NCBI RefSeq assembly: GCF_001194135.2
Contig: NC_068981.1
Location: 8,511,074-8,575,073, forward strand
From: Octopus bimaculoides
Lineage: Eukaryota
Length of the DNA: 64,000 nt
Direction: 5' to 3'
Shown here: piece by piece, positions 27,101-41,600 of the stretch
Position numbering within the stretch: the stretch's first letter is position 1
How the letters are laid out: each line of letters starts with the position of its first letter
The notes under the pieces: generated by a model
Told to the model about the DNA's origin: nothing
Databases searched by the model: none
Seen by the model: only the letters and a program-made list of their open reading frames with translations
Position numbers and translations under genes: made by a program

Positions 27101-29971
27101 GAATTTTACTGTCCTCTGCCTGTGAAACAAAAACAGACGTATAAGTTTCAATATCATTTAATTAATAATAAATGAAGTTAATCAAATTAATTATAGGAAA
27201 GATGAGAATTTTTGAATATCTATTTTAGCTAACAATAATACTGGTTATATCTGGTTTTGTTTATTCTTTGATTTCGTTTCAAATCAGAGAAATATCATTC
27301 CAGATACAGAAATTGTAAATTCTGAGCTAGTCCCTTACTGCAAGCAATATCCTTTCAGACATGCCCACACCATCCTCATCATTTAACATCCATCTTCCAT
27401 GCTGGACAGTCTGATAGGAGCTAGGCAAGTCAGAGTGATGCACCAGGTTCCACTGTCTGCTTTGGAATGGTCTCTACAGGCTGATTGCCCTTCCTAATGC
27501 CAACCATAGTGTACTGGTTGCTTGTGGCACCCGCACTGGTGCTCTGTATGTGACACCAACACCAGTAGAGTCACCAAGTGTGAGATGAAGACCTCTCAAC
27601 TGCAAGACAAAGTGGAACCGAGGGAGGTGGATTTGTGCCAGTTGAGAGATTAAAATATAAAAGTGGGGGGGGGGTAGATATAAATATCTAACTATAGATG
27701 AGATACTCGGCTACCCCAGTTGCAAAGGAAAAGAGTGCCCATTTGTTTGTGAATAGAGAGAAAATGATCTTGTTTTTCCTTTTTAATAAATAAAATAGAT
27801 TTTAACACAAAAATGCAAAAAAAAAAAAAAAACCCAAAAAAACTTTGTACCTTAAAGATCTACTCTTACCCCTCATCCCCACTTTTTTTTATTCACTTTT
27901 CATTCACCTCTCAACCTCTAAAATGTGAATAGTCATTTAGTTCCTCTTCAGAAAGAAAACGGTTCTGTTCCAGCCTTCTCTCATTCATTCTCTTAACATA
28001 AAGTTACCCCACCCCACCCCACCACTTCGAGTTTGTAGTCTTATCAGTTGCATGGCAACCTCATTGGTGCTGGTGGCACCAACAAGAACACCCAGTACGT
28101 GCTGTGAAGTGGTTGGCATTAGGAAGGGCATCCCAGCTGTAGAAACCATGGTGCATGATGCAATCCTTGGACCCATTGCATCTTGTCAAACTGTCCAACC
28201 CATATCAGCTTGGAAAATGGACGTTAAATGATGATGTATAGAAAATATTCAAAACCACATTGCCAGACTCAAGTCCTTTCCTCAGGTGAAATAAATTATT
28301 CAACTGGTGTAATCCACCCTATTTTCTTTGAAACACAAGCAAGAACTTTGAAGAAAGGCAACAAATACACAGCAAAAATGGAAATAACAGCTAATTTAAT
28401 AAATTAATGAAGTTTATTAATAAAAAAAGAATGCATGTAAGTTTTGTAAATAGTGTTGTTATGGCTGCTTAGTTCCAGGTTAATCCTAAACCAGTAGACC
28501 AAAGATCAGATATTTTCTAGTCATAAACATCATGTGTGATTAGGATTATGTCTAGATCTATATTATCTGATATATAAGGATCATGCTTAGATCTATATTA
28601 TCTGATTTATCAGGATTATGTCTAGATCTACATACTCTGATATATTGTTTCTTTATTTAAGATTAGAGGGAGATTTGGCTGCCGTTTCTATGTGTTTGAG
28701 TCTCCGACGAAATGAAGTAAGAACTCTACCTTAAAGAAGTGACAGAGGGTGATGTGGGGGAAATAAGCATGAGCTCCATTCCAGCCGCACTGAACTCGAG
28801 TCTTCTCAAAATAATCAGCAAGTTGCTTCTGAAGAGGCCCCACAGGACACAAATAGAGTATATACTCCTGGCAGGTTTTCTGATCAAGGGTGGAGTCATT
28901 ACAATGAGACAATAACCTGAAACAAAAACAAAAAAACCCAGAAAATAAAGGTTTAATGAAGCTTTAATTAGGAACAATGTAGAAATATAACAAGAAAATC
29001 CTGGAAGAAAATGAAAAGAAAAAAAAATCATCAAATAAAATTCTTAATTATGAAACAATGGATGACAGCTGAGAGGTAAACAAAGACCCAGATATGATGT
29101 TGTGATGCTCATGTCTCTCCCCAATATGATAGTTTCAAATTTTGGCACAAGGCCAACAAGTTTGGGGGAGGGGATATGTGGATTACATCAATCCAAGAAC
29201 TCAACTGTTTCTTGTTCTATCAACCCTGGCAGCATAAAGTCAAAAGAAATGCTGCTAACCATTTTGTCTGGCATGTTAACAATTCTTCCAGCTCACTGCC
29301 TTTCTCACCAATATTATAATGTGCAGACATGGCGGTGTGGTAAGAGGCTTGCTTACCAACCACATGGTTCTGGGTTCAGTCCTACTGCGTGGCACCTTGG
29401 GCAAGTGTCTTCTACTATAGCCTTGGGTCGACCAAAGACTTGTGAGTGGAAATTGAAAGAAGCCCGTTGTATATATCATCATCACCGCTTAATGTCTGTT
29501 TTCCATGCTGGCATGGGTTGGACGGTTTGACTGGGGACTGGCAAGCCAGGAGGCTGCGCCAAGCTCCAATCTGATCTGGATGCACTTCCTAACGCCAATC
29601 ACTCCGAGAGTATAGTGGGTGCTTTTTACGTGCTACCAGAACAGGAACCAGTCAGGGCGGGGGTGCTGACACCGACCACATTCGCATGTTGCTTTTTACA
29701 TGCCACCGGCATGGGGAGCCAGTCAGGTGGCACTGGCAATGACCCACACATGAATGGTGTTTATTGCATGTGTGTGTTTGTTCCTCCACCATCGCTCGAC
29801 AAACGATATTGGTGTGTTTATGTCCCTGTAACTTAGCAATTCGGCAAAAAAGACCGATAGAATAAGTACTAGGCTTACAAAGAATAAGTCCTGGGGTCAA
29901 TTTGTTTGACCAAAGGCGATGCTCCAGCATGGCCGCAGTCAAATAACTGAAACAAATAAAAGAGTAAAAAA

Positions 29972-30026
<55 letters not shown>

Positions 30027-30565
30027 TGTGTAAGTGAAATGAAGTGGTTCTCTGCAGGAATTATAACCAGATGATGGAATCAAGCTCTTCAGAGTTTGGT
30101 TTATGTCTTTTAGTTTTAGACACAGCCAAGTCATGAAGTGAAATTACTCTGAGTTGGCCCCAACAGTTTTATTCAATAATACTCTCAACAGTGAAAGCAT
30201 TATCACAGTCTCAATGTTTAAAGCTCTTTAACACTTCAAGTGTAAACCAAAAAGTTAAACTCTGTGACTGTTGAAGAACATCATTGAAGTTGTGAGAAGA
30301 GAAATGTCAAGGTGTGGTGGTGGTGGCGGTAGAACTTGATGTCACTGGAACAAGCTCTTCCTGTATATGTCGGCAGCTCCCAAAGTATGTGTAGTTAGCT
30401 CAGTGGTGTCAAACAGCAATTCTTTCACAATTGATAATTGCTCTCTTCCAGCATCTGCATCATTGGTCTCTGAATATCAAGTTGAGCAAAAAGGTCAAAC
30501 ACTTGTGGCATTTGATCACTGACTGGCAAACATCAATTCCCTCTCTTACGGCTGTGTGTGCATAT

Positions 30566-30603
<38 letters not shown>

Positions 30604-31565
30604 TTTTAGGTCTTTTATGATTCAGTAAATAGTTCTTTCCTATTGGTTGTTGCCATTTTACAAAAGTCTACAACTAACAGCCATTATAGAACGGAAGACC
30701 AATATTTATTCCTTTCATGTAAAAATGGCACATGGAACTGAAAATATAGAATAATTCAATATGTGGCATGGACAAAATTGACTGTAAAAAAAGGTCAATG
30801 GTAAGATTTCATATCTGAAAATGAAAAAAAATGGAAAAAACAAAGAAATATTTTCTTAGTTCTATAGAGAAGGGAATATGGCAAAGTGTCTAAATAAAAA
30901 GTATGAAACAATCTTGAAACAAACCAGAGAGAACATAAAAGAAGGAGAATAAATGCGAATGAAGGACATAAGCAATGTTTTTGTGATGTTATTATTCATT
31001 ACATCCACCACTCAACACCAGTTCTTCCTTCATTACATTCACACACCCATCACCCTCTTCCCCCATACACTCTTGCAACCTCTACCCACCCATGGTCCCA
31101 GTACCTTCAAAGGCCACACNNNNNNNNNNCCCCCCTCATCACCACTATTTTCATTTCTTTCCAACTCCAACCTGATCACCCACCACTCTTTCTTCTAAAA
31201 TCTGACTCACCAAGAAGTTTCTCTACAACAGGAAACCTGTTTTGCACTGTCCCCTCTTTTTCTCATACTCTAACTCCTCATCTACTGTCCCCTCTTTTTC
31301 TCATACTGTAACCCCTCATATATTAGCATAAAAAGCTGCCTCTTTTGGGATTTGTATGCTTGCAAACTGCACAATGACCACACTACAACGGGTGGCACAA
31401 AAATGCAGCCTGTCCACACTTTACAAACTGGTTGGCATCAGGAAGGGAATCCAACCCTGCCAAAGGAGACACCAGAGCCCAATGCAGTCCAGCCACCTTG
31501 GATTCACTGGGAATACAGTGCTTGTTCTGGAGTTCTTTGCTTAGTCATATTACTTTCATCACTGA

Positions 31566-31631
<66 letters not shown>

Positions 31632-34600
31632 NNNNNNNNNNNNNNNNNNNNNNNNNNNNNNNNNNNNNNNNNNNNNNNNNNNNNNNNNNNNNNNNNNNNN
31701 NNNNNNNNNNNNNNNNNNNNNNNNNNNNNNNNNNNNNNNNNNNNNNNNNNNNNNNNNNNNNNNNNNNNNNNNNNNNNNNNNNNNNNNNNNNNNNNNNNNN
31801 NNNNNNNNNNNNNNNNNCTAAGGTACTTTTCAATGTTATTATTATTATTATTATTATTATTCAGGTCACTGCCTGGAATCGAGCTTGGAATCTTGGGGTT
31901 AGTAGCCTGCGCTCTTAACCACTACACCATATGCCCGTGGGCATATATCTGTCAAGTGTAAATAATGTACATAATTCCTCATCTCTTAAATGTAGAACTG
32001 TACTCTCAGAAGATGTTGTCCAAGTGACAAGATGCAGCACTTAAAAGCTGCCTGGGTTGATCTTATGCCTCTCTACCTTCGTCCTTCCATTTGACCGTCA
32101 GTGCCACAGTTGATGCGGAGGTTACCAGCCATTGTTAACATCCTTGTAAGTCCTGATGTCCAAGTTGCACATTTCTTCACGTGTCCGGTCTAGTATGTTG
32201 ACACTGGCACCATGAAACCATTGTACAATAGAGTTTTATTGAATGCAGATAGCTTGGACATGTGTATCTTCTGAAGTCTGCTTTTGCCATTCTAGCTTTA
32301 CTCACGAATCAGTATAAGCAATATTCTAATCTGTTCCAAGGCATTAGTAACATTCATCACCAGGCATAGGAAAGACAGACAAGCTGTGTGTCTGTCCATA
32401 TTCCTTGCCAGGTTAACCATCTTTCTTCGTTTCACTGTCAAGTATGAACACTTATCACGACCCATGAGAATGTTGTGACCAAATCTGTCTCTTCATGTCA
32501 GGAATATTATTCGAGTACAGTTTAAGATCATCAACGAAAAAGGTCTGGGTGACATTAATCTTTCACTCTTCTGCAAATCTGAACATATCACCTTTATATT
32601 TCCTTAATAAGGCTGACAAAGAATTCCCTGCTAGGACAGATAGTATTACAGACAAGCTGCAACCCTGAAGTATTCCTGTTAATATCCTAATTCTGTTAGT
32701 GATTGTAGTGGGAGTTTCAGTTCTTATCAATGTGGAGCAAGTTGTCTGTCTTTTAATGGTATCAACTGTGACAGTTGGAATCTCGGGAAAGCAGTGTGAC
32801 TCCATTATCCTTGTGTGAAGAACACAGTCAAATGCCTTTTTATAGTCATACAGTCAGCAGGTTTTGCAGTCTTACTTCATTTTTTAATGGACAGCTACAT
32901 AGGAAATTGTTCAGCAAAGCCCCAAACTCTTTTCTTTCCTCCTGTCATTTCTTCAGGAGCCACACTGTGTTTTGCAGTGATCCCGGAGGAATGCAATCAA
33001 GCTCATCACATTTCAGGAACTCTAAGGGTCTGCAGGTCTTAGCCACACAAGTTTCTTGGCTTTTAGTTTCTAGTTTTATATTGTGCAACTGCTAACCAGT
33101 GTGACACATCACTCTCAGTATTTATTGTTCTTTTGTACAGATTAACCAGGGCTGCCCTGTAGAGTGTGAGATTTCTCTACCAATAATTGGATATCTCTCT
33201 CTGTTTCTTTTGATAGTTTAGAATTGAATATCAGGAGAGTTTCACTGTTGATATTTAAGAGAGAGATGTTTGTGCAATTCTCACTTTGTAGTTCATCTAA
33301 CCACATTTTATCGGAGTTGTGTTGTTTACCTTCTTGGTCCCTTCTCAAAATTCTTCTAAATCCTCCTGGGGAGGGAAATTTACAACTGTGATGGTTGGAC
33401 CTTTCCAAACTGAAATATATCACTTGTGAGTCTGGAACCATCTTGCAAATGAATGCCTAACATTCTAGTAATTCCTTACAAAACAAACTTTTCATAAAGA
33501 AATTATTTAGCACTCATAGTTTGTGTTTTAGGAGCAACCAGCTCTCACCTCATGCTGACCATTTCCATAGATGTTAGATAATCTATCATATTATTATGAC
33601 TGGCAGTTCATTAATTTTACTGTTCTCTGTTGAAGAATGGTAATCACAGAACTCTACAGCAGGTCACTCACTCTTGGAATCCTCAACGTGTTAGCTGTTG
33701 CTTAGCAACCTGGTGCATCACTGATAGTATCAACTTGATATATGTTTTCTATCAGTTCTTATAATTGTTCTTGCATATAATTATTTATTAATGTAAACGG
33801 TGATGTTTTGCTTGAATTCTGTTATTAACTTCTTTCTGTTTATTCCTAAACAGTTGCTGCTCATCACTGTAATGGCAGCAGACTTGTCTCAGTGTTATCA
33901 GATTGGTTGCAGTACATGTTGTTCATCGTCTCCTCAGGAGAAGAATCCATTGGTTCACCCTGACTTTTAATGTGAGAGTTTGATAACCAGATGGAATAAC
34001 AATAATTCTTATTAACAAGAGTGGTTTCTTGTTATAATTGTTTGGCTCTGAAATGTGAATATTTGGGGTATTTCAGATCCTAACCCTAACCCTTCAGTTT
34101 TATTCCTGTAGCCCAACCAATTTGTTTTTTCCTTATTTTTTTTCTAAATTTCTTCTGATACCTATGTTTGCGATACAAGACTTTAGGATTTCACCCACAA
34201 AACACATTCTCAATATTTCAATTTTCTCCCTCTCCATACCAAATTCATTTTTAACTTTTTTCATGTTTTTATTCTTGGTGATCCATGGAGAAAAAACAGA
34301 GAGTACGAATCTTTAAGAATTTTACCCAACACCTCACCACTTTCAAAAATCTACACACTCCCAATGTTTCACTTTTAGCTTTTTGGAAAGCAGGGAAGTT
34401 TCTTCAGAAATAATGTCACTTAACTGTTTTGTCTAGCATGTCGGGTTTTCTGGTGGTGGTCTGGTATTTTTTACATCTGCCATTTCAGTAGAATTCTATG
34501 CATGTGGGGAAACATAAGACAAAATTGGAAGATTGGGAGATTTTAGCTTTTTGAAAGCTGGTTGGTGATGGGTGACCGAGGTGGGGAAGCGGTAATGAGT

Positions 34601-35613
34601 GTTTCTTAAAGAAAAATTAAANNNNNNNNNNNNNNNNNNNNNNNNNNNNNNNNNNNNNNNNNNNNNNNNNNNNNNNNNNNNNNNNNNNNNNNNNNNNNNN
34701 NNNNNNNNNNNNNNNNNNNNNNNNNNNNNNNNNNNNNNNNNNNNNNNNNNNNNNNNNNNNNNNNNNNNNNNNNNNNNNNNNNNNNNNNNNNNNNNNNNNN
34801 NNNNNNNNNNNNNNNNNNNNNNNNNNNNNNNNNNNNNNNNNNNNNNNNNNNNNNNNNNNNNNNNNNNNNNNNNNNNNNNNNNNNNNNNNNNNNNNNNNNN
34901 NNNNNNNNNNNNNNNNNNNNNNNNNNNNNNNNNNNNNNNNNNNNNNNNNNNNNNNNNNNNNNNNNNNNNNNNNNNNNNNNNNNNNNNNNNNNNNNNNNNN
35001 NNNNNNNNNNNNNNNNNNNNNNNNNNNNNNNNNNNNNNNNNNNNNNNNNNNNNNNNNNNNNNNNNNNNNNNNNNNNNNNNNNNNNNNNNNNNNNNNNNNN
35101 NNNNNNNNNNNNNNNNNNNNNNNNNNNNNNNNNNNNNNNNNNNNNNNNNNNNNNNNNNNNNNNNNNNNNNNNNNNNNNNNNNNNNNNNNNNNNNNNNNNN
35201 NNNNNNNNNNNNNNNNNNNNNNNNNNNNNNNNNNNNNNNNNNNNNNNNNNNNNNNNNNNNNNNNNNNNNNNNNNNNNNNNNNNNNNNNNNNNNNNNNNNN
35301 NNNNNNNNNNNNNNNNNNNNNNNNNNNNNNNNNNNNNNNNNNNNNNNNNNNNNNNNNNNNNNNNNNNNNNNNNNNNNNNNNNNNNNNNNNNNNNNNNNNN
35401 NNNNNNNNNNNNNNNNNNNNNNNNNNNNNNNNNNNNNNNNNNNNNNNNNNNNNNNNNNNNNNNNNNNNNNNNNNNNNNNNNNNNNNNNNNNNNNNNNNNN
35501 NNNNNNNNNNNNNNNNNNNNNNNNNNNNNNNNNNNNNNNNNNNNNNNNNNNNNNNNNNNNNNNNNNNNNNNNNNNNNNNNNNNNNNNNNNNNNNNNNNNN
35601 NNNNNNNNNNNNN

Positions 35614-35673
<60 letters not shown>

Positions 35674-38600
35674 TCTAACACACACACACACACACACACA
35701 CATGTATTTGTATGTATGGTAAGAGAGGTCAATCCTCAAATTTGTGGTAAGTCCTTCAGTTTTCTAAATTTTCTCATTCACTGAGATAATGGCTGCTGAC
35801 TGTTCAAAGATATTCTTGCAGCGATTATTATCTTCATCAAAATATTTGTCTTTAGAATTAGGTTCCTTTTGTAGATAGATTTATTATGAAAACAGCTCCA
35901 CCCAAAGATACTGTTTCATGTCTTATAAATCTATTCCAATGTATTTCTAATGGTTTTACGAGATTCCATGATATTTCAGATAATTTTTCATGAATGCCAA
36001 AATATTAGCTGCCAAAACTAAACTAGATTAATAGTATAATATCAATTTAATAATTTAAGAAATAGCAATAACAGCTAAGCAATACTCTGGGTAACCATGG
36101 ATCAAAAGGTGGACTTTGCTGAAGACACTCAAGAACAACATAGTAGTGGGGTTTGGTGAATTAGTGTAGCATTTGAAATTAGGCCTAGATTTGTGTCTAA
36201 GTGTAAAGAATTAAGAAACATTTTTGCATTTCTTTACCCAGCCATTCTCCTCTCTTCGCATCACGTCACACTCTAGTTGCACAATGCATTGGTTTTTATA
36301 CCCAGTATTTCTCTCAGCTGACTTTTAAGATTATCTTAAATGCCTGCAGAGCTCACAAGAAGTAGCCATATGACCACGGGCATATGGCGTAGTGGTTAAG
36401 AGCACAGGCTACTAACCCCAAGATTCCGAGTTCAATTCCAAGCAGTGACCTGAACAATAACAATAATAATAATAATAATAATAACAACATCGAAAAATAC
36501 CTTAGGAATGAGAACCCAGGTTCGATATTTCCCCAAGGCACCTGAAGAAGGCTGGAGGGTATATCAGCTGAAACATTGTGTTAACAACAAACAAGATGAG
36601 GACAAATATCTGTCAAATGTAAATAATGTACATAATTCCTCATCTCTTAAATATAGAACTGTAAGTAGCCAATAATTTCTGTTACCAAGGGGAAACAATT
36701 AGCAAGTGAGGTACTGGTTTTGAAAGTAGAATAGCCAAGGTAAGTACAGGTTGGGAAAAGTTCGGGGAAGTATTACCATTGCTGATCAAAAAGGGTTTGT
36801 TTTTTTGACTCAAAGTGAAAGGCAGATTGTATGATGCTTGTGTTTGAACTGTGATGTTGCACTGTAATAAAAATATGAATCTTAAAGGAAAAAAAAAAAA
36901 CTAAAAAGAAGTAGAGCTAACACGTGTTGAAGAATATGTACATTGAAGCTAGACTTGAAAGGAGCTAAAAGTAAATTGGGATCCAAGTGGAATCAGGTCC
37001 CTTTGTTGTTTAAACTGCCGATGATTCTACTACACATCTTGTGTCCATAGCTTACACTGGGTATAGCCTATGGAATTTATACCTACTTCTTTTCTGCATA
37101 TTAAACAAAGCCATTTTGCTGAAGGTACTAGAGTCCTGTCTTCTTTCCTACGCATTAAAACCTTACTCTTTACTAAGTTTGAGGCCTCTTGATTCCAGGT
37201 TTAGCTTCCATGCCTGGAATTTCCTCTCTAATTCCCCTGTAAATTCAGTAATGAGAACTAGATCATCAACATACAGGAGTTTTCCTCTGTAGGACTGAGA
37301 TGACCAGGAGAGGGCTGAACCTTGATGAATTCCTGCCCTCACAAATTCATCACTGAAATCATTGTCAATTCTCTCCTTATTTACTGAAGCTTTGTCTGTA
37401 ATTTGTGCAGCCCTCACAAACCAGCCATCTACACTTAGTTTCTTTGGTGACCACCAATTCACTGAACGTGGTACCATGTCACACACCTTCTCCTAGTTAA
37501 TGAATATCAGGTAAAACAGTTTACTCTTAGCCAAGTATGTTTTTTTGCAGTTGCATCACAAAGATGGCATCTGAGGTACGTCTTTCACACAAATTACCTC
37601 TTGCCTACGTCTACCCTGTAGCAGAACGTGCTTATAATCTTTGTGATCTTCATAACCTGATACAGTGGCCTGATTTCTTGATAGATTCTTCTCTCTAAAG
37701 CAACTCTTTTACTCTTCAAGCAGTTTATGATGATACTGCTGTGCCCATCCTTGTTTTTGTTTAGTTCTCTAAATCTGTGTTGGTTTGTTTACGTCCCCCA
37801 TAACTTAGCAGTTTGGCAAAGGGAGAGAGAGACACACATAGACTAACTACCAGGCTTAAAATTACTTGTGGTGTTGATTCGTTTAAACCTGTCAAGGCAG
37901 GGCTCCAGCATGACCACAGTCCAATGACTGAAAGATTAAGAAAATAAAAGAATGTGTGTGTAAGTGCATGTGCACATTACTGTTTGTGCATGTGTGTGTG
38001 AGTGTGTTAATGTGTGAATGTGTGTGTGTGCACATGTAAATGTGTTTTACCTGAGAAACAGTCTATTACCATTTTCTAAACAGTTCAAGCAGAGATCAAA
38101 AAGAAAGAAATAAAGAAAGAGGGCAAATAATGCAGGTGTTGCTCTATTTCTTTGTAAAACAACAACAACAACAACAAAGATTTCTTTGATAGCAACCAGA
38201 TTGGTAACTTGAGAAGAACGATAAGATTCAATAATCAACCTGAAGCATCTGCGTTCAATACTGATTAATTATGGATAGCGCCAACAGGTAAGGTGAATGT
38301 ACAAAGTTTAATGGAGATTACAAGGTCTGAGGGGAAAGAGAACAACAACAACAATGAGAATAAAAGAGACGCATAAATTTGCATGTAATTACAATAATAT
38401 TGCACACAGAAAAAGAATAAAAATGATGAAAATATATATCAATCAATAAAAACATCTTTACCTTGTTTTAGTCATTTGCCTTGGCCATACTGGAGCACTG
38501 CCTTGAAGGCGTGTTTAGCTGAATGAATCGACCCCTGTAGGTCGTTTTTTTAACCCTGGTACTTATTCTATCAGTTTCTTTTGCAGAACAGCTAGGTTAC

Positions 38601-41600
38601 AGGGATGTAAACACACCAACACCGGCTGTCAAGCGGTGGTGGAGAGACAAACACAGACACAAACACATTTCAGTTTCCATCTACCAAATCCACTCACAAG
38701 GTTTTGGTTGGCTTGAGGCTATAAGAGAAGACACTTGCCCAAGGTGCCAAGCAACAGGACTGAACCCAGAAGCAAACTTCTGATACACAACCACATCCAT
38801 GCCTCAGAAAGTGGTCAGCAAGTCACTACAGAGAAGTGAACCCTGGACCTCTCAAATTCTGTGGNNNNNNNNNNGGTCAGCAAGTCACTACAGAGAAGTG
38901 AACCCTGGACCTCTCAAATTCTGTGGCTGTGTGGTAAAAAGCTTGCTTCCCAACCACATGGTTCTGGGTTTAGTCCCACTGTGTGGCATCTTGGGCAAGC
39001 ACCTTCCACTATAACCCGGGGGCCAACCAAAGCCTTGTGAGTGGATCTGGTAGACAGAAACTGAAAAAAGCCTGTCATATAAATAGATATGCATACAGTA
39101 ATCCCTCAGCTATCATGGGTGTTACACACCAAAACCTCTCACAGAAATAATTAAAATCTAAAAAAATATATATATCTATCTGCTGCAGAAACCTGCGATA
39201 TACTGAGCAGTCTACGATATAAATTTACATATATTAGCCAGAAAATCCACGATGTACTGAGGGCGTGATAGGTGAATATGGTGAGGGATTACTGTATATA
39301 TATATATATATATATATATATTAGCTTGATCCACTGGATGTGTAATGTCAGTGTGCACACATGACAAAGTGTAGGCGCCCTGAGAGAAATGTTAAACATA
39401 AGAAGCATCGGATGTGGCATGCAAGAGAGACGTTTGCATTGGTATGGTTATNNNNNNNNNNAAAGTGTAGGCGCCCTGAGAGAAATGTTAAACATAAGAA
39501 GCATCGGATGTGGCATGCAAGAGAGACGTTTGCATTGGTATGGTTATGTACTATGGATGGATGAGGAGAGATGTGTGAAGAAGTGCTACTCCCAAACAGT
39601 GGAAGGAATCTGGGGTAGAGGTAGACCCAGGAAGGCATGGGATCAGGTAGTGAAGCATGACCTTTGAATGTTGGGCTTCACAGAGGCAATGACAAAAGAC
39701 TGAGACCTCTGGAGATCTGCTGTGACTGGGAAGACCCAGCAAATAAAGTGAGTTCACAGTTGTAACCCACACCAGTGTCGCATAACCAGCCAACTCAAAA
39801 GTTACCTTGGATCGTAGGGTGACATTCCGTGCTTAAGAAGACCTACTGAGTCAAGTACATCAACATGAACAGCAATATCAAATGGAAATTATAGTTGTGA
39901 CCCCCATGCCGGTGGCACGTAAAAAGCACCATCTGAATGTGGCCGATGCCAGTGCCACCTTGACTGGCTTCTGTGCCAGTGGCACATAAAAAGCACCATC
40001 TGATAGTGGCCAATGCCAGCTCCTCTGGCCCCTGTGCTGGTGGCACGTAAATAGCACCCACTACACTCCTGGAGTGGTTGGCGTTAGGAAGGGCATCCAG
40101 CTGTAGAAACACTGCCAGATCAGATTGGGGCCTGGTGAAGCCTCCTGGCTTTCCAGACCCCAGTCGAACCGTCCAACCCATGCCAGCATGGAAAACAGAC
40201 GTTAAACGATGATGATGATGATGATATTTATGCGTGTGTGTTTGTCCCACAACCATTGCTTGACAACCAACGTTGGTGTGTTTATGTGTTCATAACTTAG
40301 CAGTTCACCAAAAGAGACTGATAAAATAAGTTCTAGGCTTACAAAGAATAAGTCCTGGAGTCAATTTCTTTCACTAAAAAACACATTAAGGCAGAGTTCC
40401 AATATGGATGCAGTCAAATGACTGAAAGAAGTACAATATATATGTATATATATATATATATATATNNNNNNNNNNNNNNNNNNNNNNNNNNNNNNNNNNN
40501 NNNNNNNNNNNNNNNNNNNNNNNNNNNNNNNNNNNNNNNNNNNNNNNNNNNNNNNNNNNNNNNNNNNNNNNNNNNNNNNNNNNNNNNNNNNNNNNNNNNN
40601 NNNNNNNNNNNNNNNNNNNNNNNNNNNNNNNNNNNNNNNNNNNNNNNNNNNNNNNNNNNNNNNNNNNNNNNNNNNNNNNNNNNNNNNNNNNNNNNNNNNN
40701 NNNNNNNNNNNNNNNNNNNNNNNNNNNNNNNNNNNNNNNNNNNNNNNNNNNNNNNNNNNNNNNNNNNNNNNNNNNNNNNNNNNNNNNNNNNNNNNNNNNN
40801 NNNNNNNNNNNNNNNNNNNNNNNNNNNNNNNNNNNNNNNNNNNNNNNNNNNNNNNNNNNNNNNNNNNNNNNNNNNNNNNNNNNNNNNNNNNNNNNNNNNN
40901 NNNNNNNNNNNNNNNNNNNNNNNNNNNNNNNNNNNNNNNNNNNNNNNNNNNNNNNNNNNNNNNNNNNNNNNNNNNNNNNNNNNNNNNNNNNNNNNNNNNN
41001 NNNNNNNNNNNNNNNNNNNNNNNNNNNNNNNNNNNNNNNNNNNNNGGGGGAAAGAAAAGAGAAATTGTAAAGAAAATGATGTTGAAATGAAAAGGCAAGT
41101 GTTTTTTCAGTTGTAAAACAGGTAGAGCTGCTTGTCAAAAATTAAGGATTATTCCAGTGAACAGGATTAATGAATGTAATTAGAGTAAGTCGTTTATTTT
41201 AGAATATTTCCATCTACTGTTAGTCAATTTGAGTTAATATAACAGTGAGAAGAATTGTGGTGCAGGAAGAGATTCCAGTGGAAGTTGGAAATTAACTGAA
41301 ATTTTAATATAAATAGAGTTTTTAGTTTTGGAAGGAAATGGAAAATAAGAGAGCCAAGCCAATGGCATTAGTAAAGATGAAGGACAAAAGATGAGAAAAT
41401 ATCTGTGGTTTTTGTTAATAGGAACAGGTGCGGTGGTGGTGTGGTAAGAAGTTTGTTTCCCAATAACATGGTTCTGGGTTCAGTCCAGCAGAGTGGCACC
41501 TTGAGCAAGTGTCTTTTACTATAGTCGCAGGCCACCTGGAGCCTTGTGAGTGGATTTGGTTGACAGGAAATGAAAGAAGCGCATTGAATATACGTGAGTG

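Noticed and set aside
34599-35739. Long ORFs of 230-377 aa here and at 25125-25982, 40361-41138 and 59784-60302
   Set aside because: They are open only because they cross N runs.
36375-36450. tRNA gene
   Set aside because: The A/B boxes belong to a repeat head; the acceptor stem is not recoverable and it runs into (AAT)n. The same applies to SINE A/B/C heads.
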